Shown here in pieces: positions 18,907-27,527 of a stretch of DNA of 64,000 bases. The stretch is from Candidatus Babelota bacterium (GTDB lineage: Bacteria > Babelota > Babeliae > Babelales > UASB340). Under the pieces are notes generated by a model, which worked only from the letters and a program-made list of their open reading frames with translations, did not search any database and was not told the origin of the DNA. Each line of letters opens with the position of its first letter. The stretch's first letter is position 1. The DNA lies in assembly GCA_014730005.1 (NCBI GenBank), contig WJIY01000035.1, positions 8,997-72,996 of the forward strand. Reading direction: 5' to 3'. A program made the position numbers and the translations under genes.

Positions 18907-19856
18907 ATTTTTTCAACATGTTCATATAATAAATTATTAATACTTACAATATTAATTTTATTCGAATTTTTTATACGATCATTTAAAATTACACTATCTG
19001 TTACGAATATTTCTGTGTAATTACTTTTTTCTATTTTCTCTATGGAATCTTGTGTCATAACACAATGAGTAAAACAACCCAAAATTGCTTTAGTACCATT
19101 TTTCTTTAAAAGTTGACTCGCGCTAACAGCAGTTTTACCTGTATCTATTATATCATCAATAATAATTGAAATCTTATCTTTAACATCACCAATTAAATCT
19201 ATCGCAACAGCTTGATCAACACCAACACGTCTTTTTTCAACATAAGCAAAACCAAGTCCTAAAATTTCTGCAATACGCATTACTAATTGACATCTTCCCT
19301 CATCTGGTGCAACCAAACATATATCATCATGTTGCAAACAATCAGATAACATTTTTTGCAAAAAATTCGACCAAAAATTAATCATTGTTATTTCTTCTAA
19401 ATCAATAACAAAATCTTTTTTTATTTCAGGTTCATGTAAATCAACAACTATTAATTTATCTACCTGAGCAACTTTGAAAAAATTTCCTATTAATGTAACG
19501 GCTCCCTCCATTTTGCCATTAAATACTTTATCTTGCCGACTATATGGCAAATAAGGTAAAAATGCAAAAATTTTTAACGCACCCAATTTTTTTATAAAAT
19601 CGCACAATAAAAAAAATTTAAATAACTGATTATTTATAAGATCTACTTCGAAATTATCTTGTCGTTGAAAATTAAATTGCTGAAAAACCAAAACATTTTT
19701 TTTTGACAATTCGCCAAATTCTTTAATATAAATAAAACTTTCAGAATCAGCAAAACTTTTAATTCTAGGTTTAATAATTTTTTTATTATATTTAGATGAA
19801 ATAAAATTTGCAAGAATAGACTTCTCATCTGCAACAATTTCAAACATAACACCCAC
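18888..19856 (-). CDS. prs: Ribose-phosphate pyrophosphokinase
   Basis: LPYSRQDK, DLHEPE and the PRPP-binding loop IIIDDIIDTGKT are present. The prs-pth arrangement is also typical. Confidence 0.85.
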   Translation of the reverse strand: MGVMFEIVADEKSILANFISSKYNKKIIKPRIKSFADSESFIYIKEFGELSKKNVLVFQQFNFQRQDNFEVDLINNQLFKFFLLCDFIKKLGALKIFAFLPYLPYSRQDKVFNGKMEGAVTLIGNFFKVAQVDKLIVVDLHEPEIKKDFVIDLEEITMINFWSNFLQKMLSDCLQHDDICLVAPDEGRCQLVMRIAEILGLGFAYVEKRRVGVDQAVAIDLIGDVKDKISIIIDDIIDTGKTAVSASQLLKKNGTKAILGCFTHCVMTQDSIEKIEKSNYTEIFVTDSVILNDRIKNSNKINIVSINNLLYEHVEKIWKNLK

Positions 19857-19878
19857 CTTTTTTAAAGTCCCAAAAGAT

Positions 19879-20925
19879 TTAACCCCAAAATCTTTTTAAA
19901 AAACTTTTTTTATTTTCCAAACTTTTGGCAAGCATTTTTAATTTCTTAAACTCTTTAAAAAAATTCGGCAAATTTGCAACTAATAACGTCACTCTTTTCC
20001 AATTTGCAAAAGACATAGTTGGAATTCCTGCAACAATTTCACCTTCTTCAATATTTTTTAAAACGGCACTTTTAGATACTATTTTTACTCTATTTCCAAT
20101 TTTTATGTGATCCTTTATTGCAACCTGACCACCGATTTGACACCCAAAGCCAATAATTGCTCCGCCAGCTATTCCTGTTTGAGCCAAAATAACAGTGTGA
20201 GCACCAATTTTAACATTATGAGCTATATGAATCTGATTATCTAATTTTACTCCGTTTCCAATAATCGTCATTTCAAAACTTGCTCTATCAATAGAACAAT
20301 TCGCACCAATTTCAACATTACAACCAATTTTTACAATTCCAATTTGAGGAATTTTTTTCAAACCATTTTTAGTAACGCTATATCCAAACCCATCAGAACC
20401 TATAACTGTACCAGAATGAATTATACAATTATTTCCAATAATGCTTCCATTTAGAATTTTAACTCCAGGATAAATTTTAACATTAGAACCTATTTTTGCA
20501 TTAAAACCAATAAAAGAATTTGATCCTACAGATGTATTATGATCAATGCTAACCCCATTTTCAATTATTACATTCTGACCAACGGTAACAGTTTCATGTA
20601 TATTTTTTTCTCTTATGCAAGTATTTTTTTCAACAAAATTTAAAATTTTGCAAAAAGCATCCAAAGTATTATCAACTAACAAATAATTTTTGCCTGTAAC
20701 AATCTCATTTTTTGATAAAATTAAAGCAGCCTTGCTATTTTTAATTTTATCTGATGAAATATCATCAAAAATCGAATCTTCTCCTCTATCTAATACAACT
20801 GCAATATCATCTTTACCTGCATTTTCCAATGAGGTTATATTTTGAATCAAAAAAGAATCATCGAGGTTACATTTAGTAGCCCCGATGATTTCTTTTATAG
20901 TTGCTATATTTAATTTAATTTGCAT
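19879..20925 (-). CDS. lpxD: UDP-3-O-acylglucosamine N-acyltransferase
   Basis: 348 aa with long runs of hexapeptide repeats (left-handed beta-helix) after an LpxD-type N-domain. A skp-like gene lies immediately upstream. Confidence 0.85.
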   Translation of the reverse strand: MQIKLNIATIKEIIGATKCNLDDSFLIQNITSLENAGKDDIAVVLDRGEDSIFDDISSDKIKNSKAALILSKNEIVTGKNYLLVDNTLDAFCKILNFVEKNTCIREKNIHETVTVGQNVIIENGVSIDHNTSVGSNSFIGFNAKIGSNVKIYPGVKILNGSIIGNNCIIHSGTVIGSDGFGYSVTKNGLKKIPQIGIVKIGCNVEIGANCSIDRASFEMTIIGNGVKLDNQIHIAHNVKIGAHTVILAQTGIAGGAIIGFGCQIGGQVAIKDHIKIGNRVKIVSKSAVLKNIEEGEIVAGIPTMSFANWKRVTLLVANLPNFFKEFKKLKMLAKSLENKKSFLKRFWG

Positions 20926-20937
20926 TATCTATAAAGC

Positions 20938-21657
20938 CTACGCTGCCTTTTTACTTGCAGAAATTAAATTGTTATCTTTTTCATTCTCTACAATCTTTTT
21001 TGCTGTCGTTTTTTCATATTCTTCATCAATAGATTTTAAAAGCTCGTCTGTTTTATCTATAGAATCTTTTACAAATAAAATACCTGGTGTATTTCTATCA
21101 ATTACAAGGCCCCAATTTTTATTTTCAAAAATTTTACTTACATTAGCCAATTGTTTTTCTCTTAAACTCATTTGTTCTCTTTGAATTTTACGCTTAAGCT
21201 CAGCTTCTCGATCAGCTAATTCTCGTTCAGCATTCTTCTTCATTTTTTCTAATCTTTCACCTTTTTCCATTAAAGCTTCTTTACTTAAAACTTTAGCTTG
21301 TTTTTGCACTGTTTCCTGAAAATCCGCAACTTCTTGTTGAGCATTTTTTGCAAAATTTTGAAATTCCTCTATATCTTTTTGCAATTTTTGAGTTAACAAT
21401 TGACCTTCTTTTGATTTTTGCATCAAAAGGATGCTATCTATAGAAATCAATTTAGGTCTAGTTTTATTTGTTGAGGGCTTATTTTGGGTAGAAAAAGTTT
21501 TTTTCTCACGTTTTTTGACTTCCAAACCAGATTGAACTGCATCTTTTTTTAATTGAGGTTTATCAACGTTTTTTAATTGAGATTTATCTACTTTAACATT
21601 AGCAGCAAAAATACTACAACAACCCACAAAAGAAGTAAAAACTAAAATTTTTTTCAT
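20938..21657 (-). CDS. skp: Skp/OmpH-like periplasmic chaperone
   Basis: Signal peptide followed by a long Glu/Lys/Gln-rich coiled coil. Its position directly upstream of lpxD matches skp-lpxD clusters. Confidence 0.55.
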   Translation of the reverse strand: MKKILVFTSFVGCCSIFAANVKVDKSQLKNVDKPQLKKDAVQSGLEVKKREKKTFSTQNKPSTNKTRPKLISIDSILLMQKSKEGQLLTQKLQKDIEEFQNFAKNAQQEVADFQETVQKQAKVLSKEALMEKGERLEKMKKNAERELADREAELKRKIQREQMSLREKQLANVSKIFENKNWGLVIDRNTPGILFVKDSIDKTDELLKSIDEEYEKTTAKKIVENEKDNNLISASKKAA

Positions 21658-21764
21658 TAATAATCCTTCCTAAAAAAAATGCTCACAAAATATTTAATAA
21701 GTAACTTATAAAAAGTTAGCGGTTTTAATAAACATCGTCAACTCGTAGCTAAAAATTATTCTGA

Positions 21765-22433
21765 TTAATGAAGCGATTCATCAAAGCCCAATAATTTAAG
21801 ATTTTGTGTTTTTAAAAAATACAAGGCTACTTTATGCTGAATTTCAGATGATCGAAAGAAACAACATTGTAATTTATATAAATTACTTGAAGATTGATTT
21901 TCAACAAAATTTATATTTATCTGGTTGGAATTTGATCTTAAAGATTGTAAATAATCAGAATCCAACATAATCCAATTATTAGTACTAAAATCATTAAAGT
22001 TTTCATTTATATTTTTTGGCTTAATGCCAAGTAATATAAAATCATTAAAATCTATAAATTTTGTATCTCGGGGAATAAAAATTTTAGGTGCCTGCACATC
22101 TTCTAACTTAAAAATCGCAAAAATAGAATTTATTAAAATATTTTTTTTATTTACTAAGTTATTTATTAAATAAAAATTGTTATCATCTCTTTCAAAAGAC
22201 ACTATACCTTCTAGAATTTCTTTTTCATTTTTTCCTATTTGCGAATAAACCGCAATTACAAGAGTATTTTTTTGTATATTTAATTTCTTCAAATCCTCGC
22301 CAGTTAATTTATATAAAGAAAAAATTTCCATCTCTTCTATAAAAAGTCCCAAACTAATTTTTTCAGCAGAAATGAATTCTACAAATAAAACAAATAAACC
22401 CAATAAAAAAAACCTAATAAATTTAAACATCAT
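21765..22433 (-). CDS. Hypothetical secreted protein
   Basis: Signal-peptide-like N-terminus (FFLLGLFVLFVEFISA|EK). I recognise no family. Confidence 0.5.
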   Translation of the reverse strand: MMFKFIRFFLLGLFVLFVEFISAEKISLGLFIEEMEIFSLYKLTGEDLKKLNIQKNTLVIAVYSQIGKNEKEILEGIVSFERDDNNFYLINNLVNKKNILINSIFAIFKLEDVQAPKIFIPRDTKFIDFNDFILLGIKPKNINENFNDFSTNNWIMLDSDYLQSLRSNSNQININFVENQSSSNLYKLQCCFFRSSEIQHKVALYFLKTQNLKLLGFDESLH

Positions 22434-22617
22434 CCAAATCCTGTTTAAAATATTAAAAACATTATAAAAATTTTAACGATAACAATTAGATTAAATTAAA
22501 ATATATATACCCATCTTTACCCAAATTGTATTAAGAATTGTATCCATCTAAAAAATGTATGATTTGCCGATGTTAATTTAATTAACCTTTTGTGTCAATA
22601 GCTTTTAAGATATATTT

Positions 22618-24327
22618 TTAAAAAATTTGATTGATTACTTTTTTAATATCTTCAGATTTAACAAAAGCACCTATAGCTGAATAAAAATTTGCATCATACT
22701 CTCTCGTTTTTATAACAACAGGCATTGGAACTGCATGTCCCATTACAAGGGCTTGTTTTTTGGTATCAAGAGTTGACAAAATTGAACGCAAACCACTTGT
22801 ATTACTGACGCCTGTTAAAATTGCTTGAATATCTTTTTCGTCATTTAACAATGCAATTATTTTTGTTCCAATTTGAGATAAAACTTCTGAATCAATCCCA
22901 GATGGTCGTTGATCAACTACAAGTAGAGAAACATAATATTTGCGCATTTCTCTTGCAATAACACCAAAAATAGTTTGTTTGGCTGCAATTGGATTTAAAA
23001 ACTTGTGTGCTTCTTCAATTGTTATCATTAATTTTTTGGGCTCATCTTCTTTTTTTTGTGTAGCTAAAAATTTTTCAGTCTTTGAAATATAAACATTATG
23101 TAATCTGCGCGTAATAATATTTGCAACTAAAAGATAACACAACATTGAAGTATTATTTCCAAACTCCAATACAACATTTATTCCTTTATCAAGATAAGAA
23201 ACCAACTTTTCAATGACAGATCCTGCTTTATTAAAATTTTGCAAAAAAGAAAAACGTTCTAATCTTTTAAGTTTTCGATATAAAGCGCTTATTGATTCAG
23301 CATGAGCACCTATTTCTTGTGCAAATTCTTTTAACCGTTCACCTTGGTCAAGCAAAATTTTTAACCAATCTTTTTTAAACTTACAAGCAACTAAATATGC
23401 TGCTTCTAGAGCTGTTGGATGCAAATTGAGTTCATCTTGCAATGAAATAATATCCTCCACATTTATATCCGAATAATTAAGAACAACCTCAACGTCTGGG
23501 GAACATCCTCTTTTCCTAGTAGCTTGAGGATCTAAAGAAAAAATAACAACTTGCGATGGAAATAAACTTTTCAAACCCTTTACAAAAGATTGACCACCAC
23601 CCTCTTTTCTTGCTTGAAAACCATATTCACTATGCATATCAAAAATTAAATTGACAGCTTTTTGACTTCTAACTAAACCTGCTAAAATTAAACGAGTAAT
23701 AAAAGTTTTTCCTGTACCACTTTTACCAAAAATTCCATTACTTCTTTCTGTAAAATAATCTAGATTCAAACAAACAGGAGTTGTCATATCAAGAGGCACA
23801 CCTATGTTGAAATATTTTTCACCCTGCTGTTCTTCACCAAAAATTTGTGATACATCTTGAGCATTTGCGTCATAAACAACCGAAAAATGCGCCGGAATTG
23901 TTTTTACTGGCATCTTATTTTTTTCTTTATCAAGCATCAACATTGGTCGAAGAAAAACTTTTACATAAATATCTCTCTTTTTCAAAATTTCATGCAAAAA
24001 TAATTCATCCTCCTGTGGAGGAAAAAGTAAAATATCTGGATTGGTAACTTCAAGTTGCAAATCTGTTATTAAAGAAAAAAATGTATATTGATTTCCTTTT
24101 ATTGTTACAAATTTTCCAGTTTTTACATCTTCTAACCCAGAAGTAGAATCTAATCTGAGTATAAGTCCATCACTTAACGATCCCGATAAAATATGTCCCA
24201 ATTTTTTTCTATTCATTAAAACCTTTTTTGAGATAAAAAAGACAATTCTGAATATTTTTTTATAAATAAAAGGAATAATTTTAATCAATAAACTTACAAA
24301 AAAATTAACAATTTTTAGAAAAAACAA
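22618..24327 (-). CDS. HerA-like (DUF87/FtsK-HerA superfamily) P-loop ATPase
   Basis: A HAS-barrel-like N-domain (GHILSGSLSDGLILRL...KTGKFVTIKG) is followed by Walker A GKSGTGKTF, Walker B MITIEEAHKF and LLVVDQRPSGIDSEVLSQIGTKIIALL. An internal ATG at 24216 (MNRKKLGHIL, AAGG upstream) is an alternative start. The first 37 codons are F/I/K-rich. Confidence 0.75.
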   Translation of the reverse strand: MFFLKIVNFFVSLLIKIIPFIYKKIFRIVFFISKKVLMNRKKLGHILSGSLSDGLILRLDSTSGLEDVKTGKFVTIKGNQYTFFSLITDLQLEVTNPDILLFPPQEDELFLHEILKKRDIYVKVFLRPMLMLDKEKNKMPVKTIPAHFSVVYDANAQDVSQIFGEEQQGEKYFNIGVPLDMTTPVCLNLDYFTERSNGIFGKSGTGKTFITRLILAGLVRSQKAVNLIFDMHSEYGFQARKEGGGQSFVKGLKSLFPSQVVIFSLDPQATRKRGCSPDVEVVLNYSDINVEDIISLQDELNLHPTALEAAYLVACKFKKDWLKILLDQGERLKEFAQEIGAHAESISALYRKLKRLERFSFLQNFNKAGSVIEKLVSYLDKGINVVLEFGNNTSMLCYLLVANIITRRLHNVYISKTEKFLATQKKEDEPKKLMITIEEAHKFLNPIAAKQTIFGVIAREMRKYYVSLLVVDQRPSGIDSEVLSQIGTKIIALLNDEKDIQAILTGVSNTSGLRSILSTLDTKKQALVMGHAVPMPVVIKTREYDANFYSAIGAFVKSEDIKKVINQIF

Positions 24328-24355
24328 GGCTATTTCTTTTTAAAAATACTCAAGA

Positions 24356-24383
24356 TTGACGACTATTTAATCTATGATATCCT
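24356..24383 (+). promoter_or_regulatory. Candidate promoter for ssrA
   Basis: TTGACG (24356..24361), a 16-nt spacer, then TATCCT (24378..24383), about 40 nt upstream of the mature 5' end. The -10 element is weak. Confidence 0.3.
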
Positions 24384-24422
24384 GAAAATAGGATTTGTGC
24401 GTCTTAAGTTCTTTGAAAATTT

Positions 24423-24797
24423 CGGGGGCGTCACGGCTTCGACGTGATGTTTTGTGTTTTGAGAGCATGTCGAGTTTTGTATGGGAACTCGTAAAAAAAC
24501 ATTCAAAACAAAAAGTGCAGACAATAATGCTGCTGAAAATGTTGTATATGCCTAATTAAGGCGACAGCATTTTTCTTGTTAGTAAGATGTGTCTATCCAT
24601 CAAACTAACTCGTATTACCCTAGATAGAACTCTCTTGCAAGAATTTTTGGTTTTGTAACAAGAGAAAATCACTAAACCGGCTCTTATTTATTACTATGCT
24701 CTTGAGGTATAAATGAGAGTATATTCAGGAGCTAAACATGTAGTGCTTAAAATACTTTGCTTTGCGGACATGGGTTCGACTCCCATCGCCTCCACCA
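24423..24797 (+). ncRNA. ssrA: tmRNA (SsrA)
   Basis: The 5' GGGGGCG pairs with the 3' CGCCTCC, giving a G3:U pair, followed by an encoded ACCA. The T-arm is GGGTTCGACTCCC. The internal tag ORF GCA GAC AAT AAT GCT GCT GAA AAT GTT GTA TAT GCC TAA spans 24517..24555. Confidence 0.92.
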
Positions 24798-24821
24798 TTT
24801 AATTTATCTAAAAATTATTTT

Positions 24822-24856
24822 GCCGTTCGTAAAATTATACGAACGGCTTTTTTTTT
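24822..24856 (+). terminator. Rho-independent terminator after ssrA
   Basis: A perfect 10-bp stem (GCCGTTCGTA/TACGAACGGC) with loop AAATTA is followed by T9. Confidence 0.85.
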
Positions 24857-24910
24857 GATATTTTTTTCATTATTCAAAATTAAAATAGATACATTTATTG
24901 GGAGATTATC

Positions 24911-25837
24911 ATGGTACATAATATTATAATTATTGGTTCTGGACCAGCAGGTTTAACTTCAGGAGTTTATGCAGGTCGAGCAAAATTAGAACCTTTATTA
25001 ATCGAAGGAAAACAACCAGGTGGACAATTAACTACAACTATGAAAGTAGAAAATTGGCCAGGCATTAAAGAAATTGAAGGTCCAAAATTAATGATGGCAA
25101 TGAAAAAACATGCTCAAGATAGCAATTGTAAAATAATTTCCGACATTGTCACAAAAGTAGATTTTTCAAAACAACCATACAAAGTTTACACTAAAAAAGG
25201 GAAAGAATTTCAAGCCAAAGCTGTTATAATTTCAACAGGAGCTTCTCATATGAAATTAGGAATTCCTGGAGAAGAAGAATATTGGGGAAAAGGAGTTTCG
25301 GTTTGTGCTACTTGTGATGCCCCATTTTATAAAGATAAAAATGTTGTAATTATTGGTGGCGGAAATACAGGAATTTATGATGCTGATTTTTTATCTCGAA
25401 TTGCAAAAAAAGTTACAATCATTCAAAACAAATCGGAACTTACAGCAACAGATCCAATTAAATATAGAGTGCAAGAACAAAAAAATGTTGAAATTATTTA
25501 CAATACTGTTGTTACAGAAATAAAAGGCGAAAACGAAAAGGTTAAAAAAGTTATTATCAAAAATGAAAGCACAAATGAAACTAAAGAACTTGAAATTGAT
25601 GGTGTATTTATAGCAATCGGTTTAAAACCCAATACCAAAATATTTCAAAAAGAACTTAAGTTAGATAATGATGGATATATTCCTTTAAAAAATAAAACTA
25701 TGACAGCAAAGAAAGGAATATTTGCTTGCGGTGATGTAGTAGATAAAATTTATAAGCAAGCAATTACAGCTTCTGGCCAAGGATGCAAAGCAGCACTTGA
25801 TTGTCAAGAATATTTAAGCAATTTAAATTCAAAATAA
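24911..25837 (+). CDS. trxB: Thioredoxin-disulfide reductase
   Basis: IIGSGPAGLT (FAD), the redox-active CATCDA motif and GGGNTG (NADPH) are present. The protein is 308 aa. Confidence 0.92.
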   Translation: MVHNIIIIGSGPAGLTSGVYAGRAKLEPLLIEGKQPGGQLTTTMKVENWPGIKEIEGPKLMMAMKKHAQDSNCKIISDIVTKVDFSKQPYKVYTKKGKEFQAKAVIISTGASHMKLGIPGEEEYWGKGVSVCATCDAPFYKDKNVVIIGGGNTGIYDADFLSRIAKKVTIIQNKSELTATDPIKYRVQEQKNVEIIYNTVVTEIKGENEKVKKVIIKNESTNETKELEIDGVFIAIGLKPNTKIFQKELKLDNDGYIPLKNKTMTAKKGIFACGDVVDKIYKQAITASGQGCKAALDCQEYLSNLNSK

Positions 25838-25863
25838 AGTGTAAAATTATCTTAGTTTTTATT

Positions 25864-25899
25864 AATAAGGGCTGATAAATTTTATCAGCCCTTATTTTT
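25864..25899 (+). terminator. Rho-independent terminator after trxB
   Basis: A 15-bp stem (25864..25878 pairs with 25882..25896, core AAGGGCTGATAA/TTATCAGCCCTT) has a 3-nt loop and runs into a T tract. It lies between convergent genes. Confidence 0.75.
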
Positions 25900-25922
25900 A
25901 GAATTAACAAAATTGTTATTTA

Positions 25923-27509
25923 TTAATTTTTTCCTCTTTGTTTTGCAACTATATTTGCGGCATGAATATGTTCTTTTATTTTTTCATCAACAACATCATC
26001 ACAAATATCCCTTGTCAATTTACCATTTCCAATATTATATGCAACAACTCTTAGCTCAGATACCATCTGTTCAATTTCACGTCCACTAAATCCGTCAATT
26101 TTTTTAGTAATATTTTCAATATATTCACGATTAATTTCTGGTAAAATTTCAATCATTCGCTCCTGCACAGCTCCATCAATTTCAAATTTACGCTCGTCAT
26201 TTACAATGTATTTATCAAAATACAAATTAAATATTTTCAATCTTTCCGGATATGCTGGTAGATCAAAACAAACCTTTTTATGTATCCTACTTAAAACAGC
26301 TGAATCAAGATCATCTGCATAATTTGTAGCAAGAATAAGCATAAATTTAAATGAACTTTCACCTGTTTGAGATAAAAACGCATTCACAATCTTTCTTCCA
26401 ATATCATCAAGAGTTTTTCTATTACCTAATGCAGAATCTGCTTCATCAACAAATATAATTAATCCTTTTTTACTTAAATTTGCCCAATCAAAAACTTTAT
26501 GTAGTTCCGTTATACCTTCACCATTTTTAAATTGTGCAAAATCAGCACCAGACATTATTGCATAATCCATGTCGGAATACTTTGCTAATCTTTTTGCAAA
26601 CATAGTCTTACCAGTTCCTGGAGGCCCATAAAACAAAATATTTCTAAAAGGCAAACCGTTTTGTGCACAACTTTTTGTGTCATCCGCTAACATTTTTAAT
26701 TTTTTTGCCATAGTTGGCTGTAAAATAACCTCCTCTAAAGAATTTTTTTCAGGTTCAATACCTAAAATTGTTTCCTTGAAAAATTTTCTCAATGCAAACT
26801 TCCAATCATGACGCGATGATTCGCGTATCAAATTTGGTTTTCCTAATTTTGCATTTAAATAATTAAAGACTAAATTAGCTCCATAATATGAATTTATTAT
26901 TGCAGCAGTAGCTAGAACTACCACACCACCACCAACAGCTAAATTTCTGGGTTTAAAAAATTCTTGTAATCTCTCCATTTTTCCCTTGTTAGTTTCTTTT
27001 CCTTTGGCTGCTGCTTTTAATATTGTTTCTCTTTCTTTTCTTGCTTGATTTGCATTTGCATATATATGATCAAATCCCTGACTCAAAACATTAAATAAAA
27101 GTTTTCTTCCTCCATCTTCCCATTCCCTAGCACTATTTTTATCTTTTTCAATTTCATTTTTTAGAGTATCTCTTTCTTTTTCTAAACTTTTTAGTCTAGC
27201 CTTAAATTCATTTTCAGGTATTGTAAATCTTCTGTTTTCAGCAAATAAAGCATTAATCCTGGTTTCAATTTCTTTTATTTTTGATTGTTTTTTTCTTTCT
27301 TCTTCTGCACGTCTTTCCGCCGCATCTCTTGCTATTTGATGCATCGTTTGAGCAAATTCATCAACTGCTTTAGCTGGATTTATATCAAATTGTTCTCCAA
27401 ACATATTAAATCTAAAACCTCCAGGACCATTTTGCATAGGTTTTAAACATGAAAAATTATTCAAAAATAAAAAAATAACCAAAAAATAAAATCTAAATTT
27501 TATAAACAT
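25923..27509 (-). CDS. ATAD3-like membrane AAA+ ATPase (N-terminal hydrophobic segment, coiled coil, TM, AAA domain)
   Basis: [96 protein letters not shown] and [23 protein letters not shown] match, block for block, the human ATAD3A sequence as I recall it. There is also an E/K/R-rich coiled coil and a central TM ([26 protein letters not shown]). Confidence 0.75.
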   Translation of the reverse strand: [528 protein letters not shown]

Positions 27510-27527
27510 AATTAACCTTTATTTAAA

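Noticed and set aside
20885-21184. Plus-strand ORF 20885..21184 overlapping lpxD and the skp-like gene
   Set aside because: It spans the junction of two well-supported minus-strand genes, and its product is a Ser/Phe/Ile-rich shadow sequence.
24217-24327. An N-terminal 37-aa 'transmembrane anchor' on the HerA-like ATPase
   Set aside because: This F/I/K-rich stretch is what AT-rich non-coding DNA translates to. An internal ATG at 24216 with an AAGG upstream gives a typical HerA N-terminus. The longer coordinates are kept in the feature table, but the anchor is not claimed.
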